From contig NW_024704770.1 in assembly GCF_018977255.1 (NCBI RefSeq), positions 1,178,001 through 1,242,000 on the forward strand: a stretch of 64,000 nucleotides of DNA. Direction: 5' to 3'. Of this stretch, positions 49,701-63,859 are shown one piece after another. This DNA comes from Callorhinchus milii. Lineage: Eukaryota. The notes beneath the pieces are model-generated. The model did no database searches. It was not told the DNA's origin and saw only the letters and a program-made list of their open reading frames with translations. The translations under genes and the position numbers were made by a program. Numbering within the stretch: position 1 is the stretch's first letter; each line of letters begins with the position of its first letter.

Positions 49701-51281
49701 CGGCATTCCTAGCCTTATAAAAAGCCAGCGTTACATTTGCCACTCGGAAAGAATCTATTCTCTGAAAAATAACTGTGACAACCCCTGCTGGTCAGACCTC
49801 AGTTGACAGATTGGTTGTAGAAGGGACAGACAGGTAGGTGATTAACAACATAATTGAATTGAGGAAGCTTTCTACTCTAATGACTTACAATAGCAAATGG
49901 AACAGATTTGTTCTACAATATTACGATAGGGAAGAAGATCCCATTGTTTGCGATGTACTATTGGCAGAGCCTTTCAGATTAAAACTTAAAATGTAGTTTT
50001 ATTGCGATCTGTGTAATACTGCAACAGATATTACCTTTTAGAGGTGGGGGGTGTTCAAGGGTATGATATGAATCTGGAAAATAGGATCTCTCACTTCTTC
50101 CCCCACTGTTGCAGTCGAGGGTAGTAAAAAAATTTTCACGTGAAATACTTGATAGCAGCACTTGATGATTCTGGTGTCGGCTGAGGGAATGAGTGGCTGA
50201 GTGGCCGTACATTCAGCAAACTACTTTGTGGCACAAGTCTTGGGTCCCATCTGATATTCTTGCCAAAGGTGTCCAAAATTCCTGACTGTCAGGCACCTTG
50301 GGACATCCTCCTGACGTGAAAGGCACCATACAAATGTAATTTGTTGTTGTTACCTGCCTGGTTCAAAAGATCAGAGTCTTATTTTTTCCTGCATTTATAC
50401 AGCTCTATTGCAAAATGGCAATATACTTTACGAGGTCAAACAATAAATTTTTTTTTAGAAAGTCTACAAAACCGTGTGTCGCTGAATGCATTTTTTTGGT
50501 AAACATGTAAAGCTTGGTGCATTATCTTTCTCTCGGAGATGCTGATTGATCTACTGCGTACTTCCTATTTTTGTGCTTGGATATCTAGTAATTGAAAACT
50601 ATTTCTGGTTGATTACTAATGTCACTTTGGCTCAATTAGCAACACGCTAACCTCTGGATCGGAAGATTGTGGTTCAGCCTCATAGCAGGACTGGAGCTCA
50701 GTCGAGGGTGATACTTCGACGCAAAAATCTGGGGAGCATTGTATTATCGAAGGTGCCGTCTTTCGGATGAGATATTTTGGGCTGTTTAGATGGCTTTAAT
50801 TACAATAGTAACATGCTAAGGTGATATATCAATTACAAGGATTATATTAATAATACTTTCAGATAGTATCTTTTCATGCCAGGGAAATGTCTCAAAGTGC
50901 TTCACAGGATATACTGTAAAGTGGAGTGTGTGTGCAAATTGGCCATAGCATTTATGGGTGAATGCGGCAGCCAATTTGCACAGACCAATGTCCTATAAAC
51001 AGCCACGAGATGAATAACTATTTTTTGGCCAGGAAACCTGAACGAAGCTCCCTTCTCTGTTAGAATAATAATAATAATCCTTGTATTTGATATAGTGCCT
51101 TATCATGTCTTCGAGACGTCTCAAAGCGCTTCAAAATAGTGCCATGGTCTTTAAGCTCCACCTAAACAGGCAGACAGGAACTTAGTTCAACACCTCGTCC
51201 AAATGATACCATCTCTGACCATGCAGCCCACCCCCCCCACCCCCCCAGGGGTGCATTGAAGTATCGACCCCAAAGGGGAAC

Positions 51282-51633
51282 TTCGATTTTAAGATCCTCT
51301 CACTCGTTTTCAAATCCCCTCTTGTCTTGGCACCTCCCAACCTCTGTGACCTGCTTACCCTCCACTCAACTGGCTCCGGCTTTCTGCACGTCCCTTGTTC
51401 CCTGCGTTCCACCATTGGTGGCCGCGCTTTCAGCCACTACACTCCGAAACTCTGGAACGCCACCTTGCACCTTCGTTCCCCATCTTCAGGTCGCACCTAA
51501 AGACCTTCCTATTTGACTGTGCCTACGGTCACCTCCCCCTCCCGCCAGCTCGGCATCACTCGGTGCCACTGTCAAGCGCTCTGGGACGTTACCCTGTGTG
51601 AGGGGTGTAATATATAGATGCAAGTTGTTGTTG
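51282..51633 (+). mobile_element. L2 3' end
   Basis: DFKILSLVFKS...LAPP.L.DLL...GGRAFS....KLWN...HLKTFLFD across frameshifts. Confidence 0.85.
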
Positions 51634-54600
51634 AACTCACAAACGTGAGGTACAAGTGCAACTGACCGAGCCAGGCTGACACATATTAAAGATTGGATTC
51701 TAAAAGAGGAGTTTCTCCTTGTATTGTAACCAACATTCCTGCAGATAAATTGATCTGGGGCGTTGCTATGGGCTACCACTTTTGCCCACAAAAAAAGCAG
51801 TAACCATTATTGATAGTAATTACTGATGCACTTCGAGGCGTTTTGCCTTTGTAGGTGCTATAAAAGTACGAGTTCTTCATTGTTCAGTAGTTTGCATTCT
51901 GTTATTACCAGATAGTACATTGAGACTTATTGCAAAAAAGTTAGAAGTATTTGGCAGGTCCTTAATTACTAGCTTTAAGCATATAATTCAGATTTTTTTT
52001 TAAGAAGCATGTAGTTAGGGTGAACATTACATCTTTGTTGAGCCGTTTTAGATTTCCCTGTAGGCTGGCAGCTAGTACCAAAGATCCACTTGCTCATAAA
52101 AAATCCTAGACAAAAAAAGACCAAGGTCCATCTAGTTCTACCTTCTTGGCGGTCGCATGCACATATATCCCAACTACTTATATACTATATCCCATAATGT
52201 TATTTCCTTAAAAAAAACTATCTAATCTGCTTAGACCTAGCAATGGATGACCCACTAAAGTCCTAGGAAAAATCGGGAATTGAGTGGCAAGAATCCCATC
52301 TTCCAGTGCCTAATTTCAGAGTGTAATTGATGAGCCAGGTAGGCCGGTCAATCTTGAGGTAACTCCTTCCAACATCTGTTGTCTCAAGACTCCAGTCTTT
52401 CGCTGGAGAAATGCATTTCCCCCACTTCAATGTGGTGGTACCTTTGGAAAATTCTGCAATTAGTTGTATTGTAATACAACTAAATTCCAATAGAAGAATA
52501 TTGCATTGAACTTGATTAGTTTTCTAAAATCACCAATTAAAGAGTCATGTGTCGATGCTCCATTATACGGGTGAAAAATGTGATGTTTCATAACAGATTC
52601 AGTGGGATTTCACTGTTAAACCTGTTAAAGCAATGTCTCATTTTTCAAATGATTCCTAAAGATTGGCTGTGGAGCCAAGCCCTGTGGACTTGGATTATGG
52701 ATGCTGCTTCGTAGGATATCGCTTGAATTAGGCCATTTTAGCTGCATTCACATCTCCCCCTTCCCCTCAGCCTTGATACTATGTTTGAAGATGCTGGATT
52801 GACTTGTGTTTCTTTCATTGCTCAAATCCCAGAAAGCTTAAAAAATATTAAACAGAACAATGAAAATGTTTTTCATACAAACAGGTTGAGATCTCACTTT
52901 ATTAATTAGTGTTAAATTTGGCTATTGCATCTTTCACTGAACACAGCAACATGATCAGTGGTCTCCCGTGACTGGCAGCGTTTGGCTGTGTAGAAGAACA
53001 CTGAATTGTGAAAAGGTTTTCAAATTAAGGTGGTCAAAATGGCAATTTCACTATTTTTTTCTAAAGTGCTTTTAATCTATGTAATCTATATAATTCGTTT
53101 GATTTCCCCATGTAGATTAAAAGTGCAGCATTCAGCATGTTGTTCAGGAGGCCAGTTGTGAACTACACGCAGTGTTTTAGAGCCTGATTTATTATGGGCT
53201 TTTTATTGTGTTCTGCAATAAACAACAGACATCTACCCTATTTCCATTTAAAAGCTTCCTTTTTGAAGACTACTGCAAGGGATTGATAAAGGCATTGATT
53301 ATAAGTTTCATATTCGTTTTCAGGTCCATCATTGAGGGTAAATCACTAGAGAGCAACATCAATTAAAATGCTAATTCAGGTATTTGGCAGAGAGCACAGA
53401 TTGACAGTGTGAAGAATTGCACATGAAAAGCCAGGCAGAATTGTAATGGATACCGGAGCCACTTCGAGGGCCGTAACAATCTGTATAGAGCTGTGGAAGG
53501 AGGCAGAACGTGATTGAGTAACAGAACAGGGACCATGGTTACTCATTGCAGCATTGACAACAACTTGCAGACAGAATTTTGTATTTTTATTTTCTGTTAA
53601 ATGCTCAAAAGTATCCCCTTTTTTTGCTCCTCTCTGGTGTCACACTCCCCCTTCAAACAGCCACTTCTCCATAGTTGCTGTCAGTGTCCTTCTGTGATGA
53701 ACTAGCAGGAGGTGGGATTCTATGGAGCATGATTATTTCTCCCCCACTGTGACCCAGGGTTCAGACAAAGGTGTACCATTAACATTAGATTGGATTCTGT
53801 TGCAAATCATTGTGATCTGAATAGAATGCAGTTGGCAGCGTAAAAGGGCTGTTAGAGCACTGCTCAGTAGTCTATGTATTTCCGGAATTTGAAGTCAATT
53901 TAATGCAGCTTTTACACAACGGGTTCGCCTCCTGAACAAGTCTGTCTCCGGAGGCAACGAGAAATGTAATGTGCCTTTTATATTGTGGCTTTGGAAATGT
54001 GGCATGAAATAACTGTCAGTGCCTGCGTGAATGTTTGACGCCATTGAGTAAGAGCTGTGATGGCATAAGACTTTCCTGGAGGTGTAAAATATCAAAAGGT
54101 AGTTGCTTTCCCAATCATGGAATAACACACAGTAGATTTGAAGAAATAATAATTAAAGCACTTCACAGGACTTACAGCAAAATTAAGTGATTGCATTCTG
54201 TAGGCAAATGCAGCAGCCAATTTGCACAGGGCAATGCCCCAGAAACAGCCATTGATTTAACGAGTAACGACTTTTATTTGGGGAATTTGGGCCAAAACAC
54301 CAACAGTCTCCATTTTCGAATAGTGCCATGAGAATCTCATCCATCCCCACATCTCCTCTGTTCTTTCCTCCACACTCAGCATTTTTTCTAACTTAGCCCC
54401 GTCTCCAGAGGAGCAGAAATTCTGTGGAACACTTGTTTACCTCAGTCTGTACCTATCTCTATATCCTCCAATACAAAGCAACTGCTTCTTTACATCTTTA
54501 CTGGCATTGTCCATGTGCATTTCTGTAATAGTGAATCCTACAGAATTATACTGAGGTTTCAGGCTCTCTGTCCTGGGTATTGAGATGTCTCAAAGATGTG

Positions 54601-54779
54601 ATAAGGCACTATATCAAATGCAAGGATTATTATTATTATTATTAATGGTTGGTTGTAAATCATCCATGCTTTTGTCATGTCCAGGTTCAGTTATTCCAGT
54701 GACCTGCTCGTGGACTCCCTAGCTCCCATCTACCATCCAGAACTCTTCACCCTGTGACCTCTCCCTCTGTCAGCCTTTC

Positions 54780-55260
54780 ATCCCCATTCTCACTTGGCTT
54801 CATTGCCTCCCCATCCAAATTGAAAATCCTAATGCCTGCATTCAAATCCCTCCATGGCCTCGCCCCACCCTACCTCTGCGGCCTCCAAAAATCCTGTTGA
54901 CTGGAATCACTCAGGTAACACCAGCCCGCTTCATGCCCCTCACCTGATGCGCTCCACCATCAATGAGCAAGTTCTCAGACATGCCTCTGTACTCTGGAGC
55001 TCTCTCCTGAGGTCGCTCTGCCTCACCTCCTGCCTCCCCACCTTTAAAGTTCGTCTTTTCGACCATACTGGCGGTAGCTCTCTATCTCTGAATAAAGCAC
55101 TTTAACACGTGCTCCCAATGTAAAACATCCTATATAGATGTTGCCATCTTTGCTTATATTCAAATCATACCTAAAGCCTTTTCTCTTTGACCATGCCTTT
55201 GGTCACCTCCCCTCTCTTTCCAGCTCGGCGTCAGACCACACCACTGTTAAAACGCTGAGA
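54780..55260 (+). mobile_element. Old L2 3' fragments
   Basis: PIL..LH.LPI...KIL...FKSLHGLAPPYL pattern; second tail at 55175-55260. Confidence 0.7.
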
Positions 55261-55769
55261 TGCATATCGCAATCGTGTGGTGTGGATTTTGTCCTGGAGT
55301 GAAAAACAGCAAATTTCAGCAGCCCTGAAAAATAGACGACCACATCTATTTCCACTGTCTCTGCAGCAAACTAAATGGCATTAGTGGGAGGAACGGATGT
55401 CTAGGCCATTGCCAAATGGAAAAACACATTATAAATAAATAATTTGCAAATAGTTTCCATGAAAACACGCAGCTAAAGTCCAGAGCTGCCCTTCTGAGGA
55501 CACCACTATAGCTGGATCCACGAAGAAAAATATGATTTAGGGCTTCTCTGGTTGTGCGACATATTTAGCAGGTGAAATGATATTCTGGCAGCAATTCAGC
55601 TGTCTGGCTGCCAACTGCTTACACTTTCATATACATTAAGGTATCAACTCTAACATTGTTGGGAAATCTTTGTGTCTATTAATACGAGGTGTTAAAACAC
55701 TTGGCATTTTTGTACAAGAAAGAACAGTTACAATTTCTGGGACAATAGCTTCCTTGCAGTTTAAAATAA

Positions 55770-55947
55770 ATAAATTTGGTCGCTCAATCCACAACTGTTT
55801 GTGGGACACTGCTATGTGCAAACAGCTGCAACGTTTTACCCACAACATACCCATCAATTCATTTTACAGTATATCCTGTGAAGAGGTTTGAGACGTCTCA
55901 ACGGTGTGATCAGTCGCTATATCAAATGTAAGGATAATTATTATTAT
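55770..55947 (+). mobile_element. DeuSINE 3' half
   Basis: Deu domain and tail. Confidence 0.8.
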
Positions 55948-58900
55948 CTAATGCTGTTTTCTTTTACAATCAAAAAGACGATGCTCATCTCCATCTAGGG
56001 TGCATTCTTGGCTTGGTGAAGACGTACAATGAATGGCTCTTTACGATTTCCTTAAGACTGAAATCTTGATCACTCTGTCCTTTCAAGTTGCTGACTTGGG
56101 ATTTGCTCCAGAGTGAGAATGTGGCTAATTCTTAATAAAGATGTTGGGATTTTCATTAATTGCTGCTGACTGTTTTGTAGGTGGACAAAGTTTATGATGA
56201 TGAGCATTTTTTTTAAAAAAGGTGCCTTAAAGTTTAATATTGTATAACGCTTTTGTTTCACATAATTGGCCAAATATTCAGAACTCATTCTTATTTTGCT
56301 TGAAGTGCGAATATATTTCTGTCTGATGGACTAAAGTACGTTTCAGTTAACTTTAAAGTGGTTTAAAGTGGGAGTTCCACACTGTTTATGTGTTAGTGCT
56401 GGGTTGCACAACTGAACCTCGTAGCATTTTTGTCATCACTCACCTTGTATTGGCAGGTGATCAAAATCATTGTGGAACAAGAAATAGTAAACTTACAAAA
56501 TGGTGGTATGTCATTTAGCAGAAGGAATCGGGTGTGGGGGTGAGTTCCGATCATTCACTGAAGCTTTCTAAGCAACATACAGCTGGTATTAACAAAGATA
56601 ACAGGCGCATGTTAAGGCTTTTCATGATAAGGTATTCTTCCGTTGATAAGGGGTGAGGCCATATTTGGAACTAACGTGGGACATTTTGGATATTTTACTT
56701 TCCTAAAGATATTGAATGTTGCATTTTATATTTATATTCATATACGAGAGAGGCTGGAGATTTCCAGGACTCACTGTAGTTATTGTATTGTTCCATCGGT
56801 GTATTTATGTTCAAGGCCTTAAATCTTAACTTTCCATTGGAATTCATGTTTGGGTTTAGGCGAGAAAATCTCAGTGGAAGAGGGGGAAACAGTTTGTATT
56901 TTTTTAAAAAAAGGAAAAATTCGATAATAAAATGAAAAAAAATGGACAATAGGATGAGTGCTGGTGAAGTAATTACAATATTTACATTTTATATTAATTT
57001 TTTCTTTATTTTAGCGTGTTAGGGTTAATATTGCAATAATAAAACCTGTCTTGATATGAACAGCTTTATTACTAACATAAATGACTTTTACGGCATTAGC
57101 GTGTGACCTGAAAATCCGCAGAGCCCGTCACAAACTCAGCCCCATGGATTCTGTGGAAAAACTCCCAACGCTTTTGGGTTCCATTTGAAATATTTCCATT
57201 TTGGTGGGTTCCACTTCTGAATTTTGGCTTGGGGAATATTTGACACTTATCTGTTAACAAACATTTCTTGTGCGGGATATTACTCACATCATTCCCTTCT
57301 TTCACAATGATCTCTTTATTGTGTTAATATGAAGCCTCAAACTAATCCTAACAAAACTAAATTGAGCTTGTAACCAAATCTAAATGTTTTCACTTCTACT
57401 GTAGCTGAGACTGAAATAGTCGCTAATTCCTTCTGTATATTATATTAACTTGCGAATCAGTCTGACAATGAACAAACCTTATAGGAGAGGACGGCAGCAC
57501 CTCTGGACTAAAATAAAGCCCATTATTGTAAGCTTTGCCTTTTTTAATTTGAGAATTTTATGGATTCAGAATGATCCTTTGCGCTGTGTTTTGCTATTTC
57601 ATTTGCAATGACTCATTAACAATTTAGAGTATAGGAGAGAAAAGATCTAGAAGTTGAAAAGCTCTTTCAATATTTATAGCTGGTCTTGGATCAGTTTTTG
57701 ACAACATTTATATAAGCCAACCATCATTTTACTTATTTACTTTTAACACAGCTATTCGCTCCTCTTTACGTCCAGTTCCCTTTACTTTTAATAATAATAA
57801 TCCTTGCATTTGGTATAGAACCTTATCACATCCTTAAGACGTCTCAAAGCGCTTCACAGAATATATTGTAAAGTGAATTGACAGTGTATCTTGTGGCCAA
57901 AAATGGATTTTTATTTATACAGTAATTTTTGTAGACCTTCCGAATATCAGAAGCCCATGTAATGCAATATAGTTGGCTAATAAATTGGGTATTATAATAT
58001 TCAGGCAGCTCTGTTTAGAGCTGTATAGTAAGCCTAACAGTGGAAATAAGCCGGAGGCAGTTGTCTGGTACTTGTACTTCAATGCACATCTTTTAGGAGC
58101 AGATGACACTAGTGATGAATAAACGACTGATAATTTAGAATTGTGTCTGGCAAAATAACATCTAATGAAAATTACCTTGTATAGAAATAAAACAATTCTA
58201 CTCCTGGTACGAAAGTTGGACAAAATTGGCATTTATACAATCATATTCCATTTCCAAGCGTGAAAGAGTGTGTTGTTTCAGTCTGTGCAGATCATTAGCT
58301 GTGCAACTGTATTTGTGCAGAATTTGACAAAGATTCAAACTAAGGAGGATGTACCTCTTAGCTAAGTAGGATGGATTGATTAAATGGAAAGATGGTACCA
58401 ATTTTTTTCGTTTAAGCCGGGGGCTGTGTAAAAACAATCTCAGCACTCGCAAAAGACTATCTTCTGGTTTTCGGTCATTGTATAATGAGACAGCTGGTTA
58501 GAAACCTGCTGTGAGTATACGCGAGAGCTTGTAGTTAGATAAGGCACACGAATATTAGTTTTCTTCTTTAATTTTTCATTCTGATAAATGGCACATTTAG
58601 TCCACTGTGGCATAAAGCAAGGCCGTGGTAGTGTTCTAATACAGGAGCATTTCTTTCGAATTTTTCAATAAACTGTCAAAGACTCTTAACTTGACACATA
58701 TCTTGTATGTGAGTGCTTTCAATTTGGCATCTAGTCCAACCATGTGTTCTGGCATTTTCTAATTGGCTGGGACTTGAGGCTAATGCAGAGTAAGCAGATT
58801 TTTCCCAGATTTTGTCACAAATAGACTTGAAAGAGAATTCTTCATTAAGTTTTCAATCCCATTTTTGACATTTGTTACTGTATGTGGCTTTCATCTTTGC

Positions 58901-60706
58901 AAGACGTATTCGCCTTTAATCTATTTTTGAAGAAAGCTCTATATTGCATATTTGTATGTTTAACTCATTAACAGCAGGCGTGAAACGCTGGATTTGAATG
59001 GGTGCACTCGATGAAAGAGACAAGTTATGGTTAAAACTGTAAAGGTCTGCGGCTACTCAGATTAGGAGTCTTGGAATGCAAGTATCTAGCATCAATGATT
59101 GAAGGTGTAAAGTTGAATGAACCGTTATTCTTTTGGGATTTCAGTTAATTACGCAAATTTGTGTCGCTCAGCGCACATGATCCACTAAACACGTCTGTTT
59201 TCTGATTGTTATTTTTCTGCATATTCCTATTTGCACTCACCAAAGTGTAGGCTATTGCTACGAAGGACACTGAGCCAATGTCGGATCGCTACCATATCCG
59301 AGAGGCAGAAGCAGCCGTTAGTTTTTCTTTCCCTTGGCATCTACCTGTGACAAGACGGCTGAGAATGGAATTGTGTAGTGTGGGCATTGTACCCCGAGGC
59401 CTGTGTTGACAAGCTGCCATTTTGGCACTCTGCCTTCTATTCCTCCCCATGTTTATGGCCTGCAAACACTTAGTGATCTTGGGCTAAGATTCCATGGGCA
59501 CCAACTTTGATCTAGTACCTTGCCCAAGTTGCCATTCTTTGTGTAAGACATGGCAGGGAGTGTTTGCCGGCCATTTGTTGTTGGAGTTATCACTGTCAAG
59601 CCCATCACACTGTCCTCACCTGATGTTCACATATGTGAAACAGGGTCACAAGATCAAAATATTCCTGGTTGATATCTGTTTTTCTCCCCACAATCTGTAG
59701 GGTACGACGATCAATTGTAGTATTCCTACATCTGCCTGAGCTTCTTGCACGTAGCCAGCCTGCTTGCTTCCTGGAAGAAAAGCAGACTTCCAGGACATAG
59801 GGTCACTTCTGATGCAACGTCCTTTGTACACAGGAAGCGATGTCAGTGGATATCTAATGACGCACAAGTTGGCCATTTTGGCTTTACATCGGCTACAAAG
59901 CACTGGCTTCAAGGTCGCCGCTGATATCATTTCCCGTGTGGTTACAAATGGGTTGTGATATTGGCAGTAACCTGAAGACCCAGATCATTTTAAGGAGTGC
60001 CTCGGCCAGCCGTGAGCACGTGGCCTTGCTCGGTTGTGGTTTTACGGGCCTTTTACTACAGCCTGTATTATTGTTATTATGAGGCTCCGCCGTACTTGCA
60101 AACTGCTCTTGGAATACAGTCGGTCTCTGAGCTGCCGCCAATCCGAAAGAATCAACACCTTTGCGGAGTGAAAGTGTGAGGGGAAAAAATATAACGGAAC
60201 ATGAGGTTAGTTTGCCTTAGAGAATGTGATGTCAGAATTTGGAGCAAATTCAATCATTAGGACAGTTCAGTGGATATCTGTAAAAAAGCACATCTCTGAA
60301 ACATTGGCTAATGGACTGCCCAATGTAATCTATGGAATTAATAAAAGATACAGCACAATCTACAGAATAATTACAGGAATAAATAATGTTTGAATCCACA
60401 ATTTCTCTGCAACGAGTTTGCTATTTATTTACTTATTATTTGCCACCTTTACTTCTCTGGAAGGTTTGCACCTGTCTTGAAAATACCTAACTCAACATGT
60501 TAGCTCTGACGTTTTTAACATGATAAATATTTATACAAAAGTATAAATAATTGTGCTTTCTGCCGGCGTTGTCTTAGCATGACCATTGTAATGGACAGAA
60601 TCTGATTCTTCTGGTCCTTCCTGACCTATTGATTTTGAAATGTATTGTTGCCCAGTGCTAGAAATGTAAATCAATCCCATTATTATGACCACTTATTGGA
60701 ATAATT

Positions 60707-61114
60707 TAATAATACTAATCCTTGCATTTGTTATAGTGCCTTATCACACCTTCAAGACATCTCAAAGCGCTTCACAGAATAATAATGATCCTTGCATTTG
60801 ATAGCACCTTATCGCGTCTTCGAGACGTCTCAAAGCGCTTCACAGAATATAAAGTGAAGTGACTGATTTGATTTGTGGGCGAAACATGGCAGCCGATTCT
60901 GTCCCACAAACAGTTGTGGATTGAATGGCCAAATTTTTTTTTGAGGGATTATTACCCCCTGGAAACTGATCTGGCGATTGACTAACAACCGGGTTCCGAC
61001 TTACTGGTGGGTAAACAGAGAGAGAAGTGCGGAGTAAAGAAACTTGTCTAAGGTTTCGCCTCGTCCGGGAATCAACCGTGTGCGAACGGGCTAACCACTA
61101 TGCTGCGGGACTCC
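60707..61114 (-). mobile_element. Old DeuSINE with a tandemly doubled ~72-bp tail
   Basis: Two AT.ATCCTTGCATTTG...CAAAGCGCTTCACAGAAT units at 60707-60780 and 60781-60850. Confidence 0.87.
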
Positions 61115-61518
61115 AATTTAGAGCATTGACCCGAGAAGTTCTCGGGACTGAGTGGAGCAGGAATGCAAATTACAGACTTGCGAATTACAAGATTTTGTTC
61201 ATCACTCTGTGTCCTGCACAAGTGGTTTATTAATGACTTTGTCCAATTTTATGAGATGTCAAACCAACAAAATTTGTGAAGCTGTTGCTATGGCCAGTTA
61301 GGTTTTAATGTAAACTGTACTGTAATTTATTAAATGGGAGATTGTGTATTAATTATGAGGATCAATTATTCTTGGTTGAGGTTCTTCTGCAATCGGACAT
61401 CTTTTGATTTTTTACATTAAAAGCATTGTGATCATTCATAATGGTGTTACCGGATTCCCAATTGGAAGATAATTGCTTGAGTTTTTTTTTCCCCCCCATA
61501 AGCAACACTTGATATTCG

Positions 61519-61675
61519 ATAATAATCCCTGCATTTGATATAGCGTCTTATCACGTCATTGAGGCATCTCAAAGCGCTTCACAGAATATACTGTGAAGTG
61601 GATTGCCTGTGTATTTAGTGGGTGAAACGCAGCAGCCAATTGCGCACAGCAGCGTCCCACAAACGGTCGTGAATC
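61519..61675 (-). mobile_element. DeuSINE 3' half
   Basis: Tail and Deu domain. Confidence 0.83.
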
Positions 61676-62654
61676 TGAAAAGTGACTGAGGTTATTCGGA
61701 TGCAGATCCAAGCAAAACGCAGTTTGTCCTCATTTGCGCTAAAGCACTTAGAAGATAGTCCATTACCAGGAGCGGTTTGTGTTGGATTGACGTAAATACT
61801 ACATTTTCCTTTCAGAGAGAATTGGATAGTATGGATTGGCTGGAAGCCTTTTCTGTCGGAGTATTAACCTTTTACTATTACTTCTGTACATTTTGCAGAG
61901 TTGGTTTTGATGGTCGCTTTCCTGCATTGCTACACTGGATGTTACAGAAGTCACATCATGAACAGAAGCTGCTGGTTGGAGCAGTGATTTACAGTTGATA
62001 TCAGTGTGCTTTTAATTATCATTTGAATTTTATGACCGTTTTTTTTATTGGGCGAATCGTGTATAAAATCAGTTGCGATTTGCACAGACCAATTAACACC
62101 ACTTTCCTCACCGCAGCCCACAGCAGTGGGCCCAGCGAGCGAGCGAGCGAGCGCGATGGTACATCAGAATGACCCCTCGTAAAGTACAATGACAGGCTGG
62201 GCGAAAGAACGCAACTGGGCATCCTGGATGAAAAATGAAAGTGGATGTCAATTAATGTATCAACGATGATGCATCCTCACTCAGGCAGCCTGAGCTTGAA
62301 GCATCTAATATGCATTTTTTTGCAAGCTGTCCCGGTGGTCGCCACATAGTCCCCGGGGCATTATTTGGCAGCAGTGCCCCCAGCCTCTCCCTCTCTGCTT
62401 CATTTGGCTGTGCTCCACATCATTCGTTTAATCATGATTACTATCGTCAGCTATGTTTCAGTGGGCAGATGTAGTGTATGTTTTAGAGTAATGAAATGAT
62501 AGTCGGTCCAAACCACAGGCCTGTGCTGATCTTTGCTGCGGTCCATGAGTCTGTTTTGTATTGGATTATGCAATGGCAGTACTTTAGGACGTGTAAGTAG
62601 ATATATTTAGCAACACTTTTGTTCAGCAAGAGCAAGGTGGACATTTTGATTTAT

Positions 62655-62997
62655 AAATAATAACGATCCTCGCATTTGATATAGAGCCTTATCACGTGTT
62701 CGCGACGTCTCAAAGCGCTTCACAGAATATGCACTGTAAAGTGAATTGACTGTATATTTTGTGGGTGAAACGCAGCAGCCAATTGCGCACAGAGACATCC
62801 CACAAACAGTCGTGGAATGAGTGACCAATTTTTTTTGGAAGAGATTATTATTATCAATCAACTAATAACCGGAAACCGGGTTCCTACTTTGCCAGGTAAA
62901 CAGGCGTGTGTGTGGAGTAAGGAAACTCGCCCAACATTTTGCTCTGCCGGCAATCGAACCCAGGTCTCTTGCTCGTGAGGCTGAGCTACAGGACTCC
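62655..62997 (-). mobile_element. tRNA-Ala DeuSINE, old subfamily
   Basis: Head GGAGTCCTGTAGCTCAG, partial core, Deu domain and tail. Confidence 0.87.
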
Positions 62998-63859
62998 ATT
63001 ACATTTATGGATTTACTGTTTTATTTTAGACCAAACATACTGGTGAAATTATGATTTATGGAGTGTTGAATAATTCTTGCGTCAGAGATTTCCAATAAAT
63101 ATATAGAGGACGTCCCCCAGGTATTCGTTTTAATACAAAATGTATCCCGTGACTGACCTGACCTCATAACCCATGAGCGACTGAGCTGTGAGTGAGCTCT
63201 GAAGGTCACAACAAATTAGAATATTCTGTTGCATCCACGCTCTCCCGGGGATGTTAATTAATGGCATGGATTATTTTGGGATCTGATTTTAATTGTGTTT
63301 TTCTTTAACATTAATGTTCTCTCTGCCCCCTAACCTCTCCTTGCACTCTTTTTATTTTTCCACTAAAAATTGAAAGGTGCAGGTCATCTGTTCCGAGGCC
63401 TTTACTAGACCTCTTCAGTGACTTACAACTTACTGCTTCAAGGCGCTAGAGAACTCGAAGGCTCTGCCCCCCACCCCCCCACCACCCCTCCGATTTCTCT
63501 CCCTATTGTATGGAGAAAGGCCTTGTCTGGGGCCTTCCTCCGATGGTGTGGCCAGGATTGGGAACCTCCTCAACTTGGGCATCACAGCCTTGAGTCCTTA
63601 TCTTATCACACAACTGGAATAATATATCGGAGCAATAAAGAGACTGCCTTTCATGTTTGATATGGCTTCTGTTTTCCTTTCCACTGGATTTGAGTGTTTT
63701 GCCAGATGCATGCAGTTTGGAATCTTCACAAAGGATTTTTTTTTCTTTCAACTTTTTATCTCAGTTCTGGATTAAGGCCTCCAGTGACGATAATTAAGGC
63801 CACATTCTACTCCTTAACTTTTGTACTGATTCAAACATCTTATATTTCAGTACTGCTAT

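Noticed and set aside
59270-59320. Small hairpin (TCGGAT/ATCCGA) as a possible structured ncRNA
   Set aside because: Short stems and no family-defining motif
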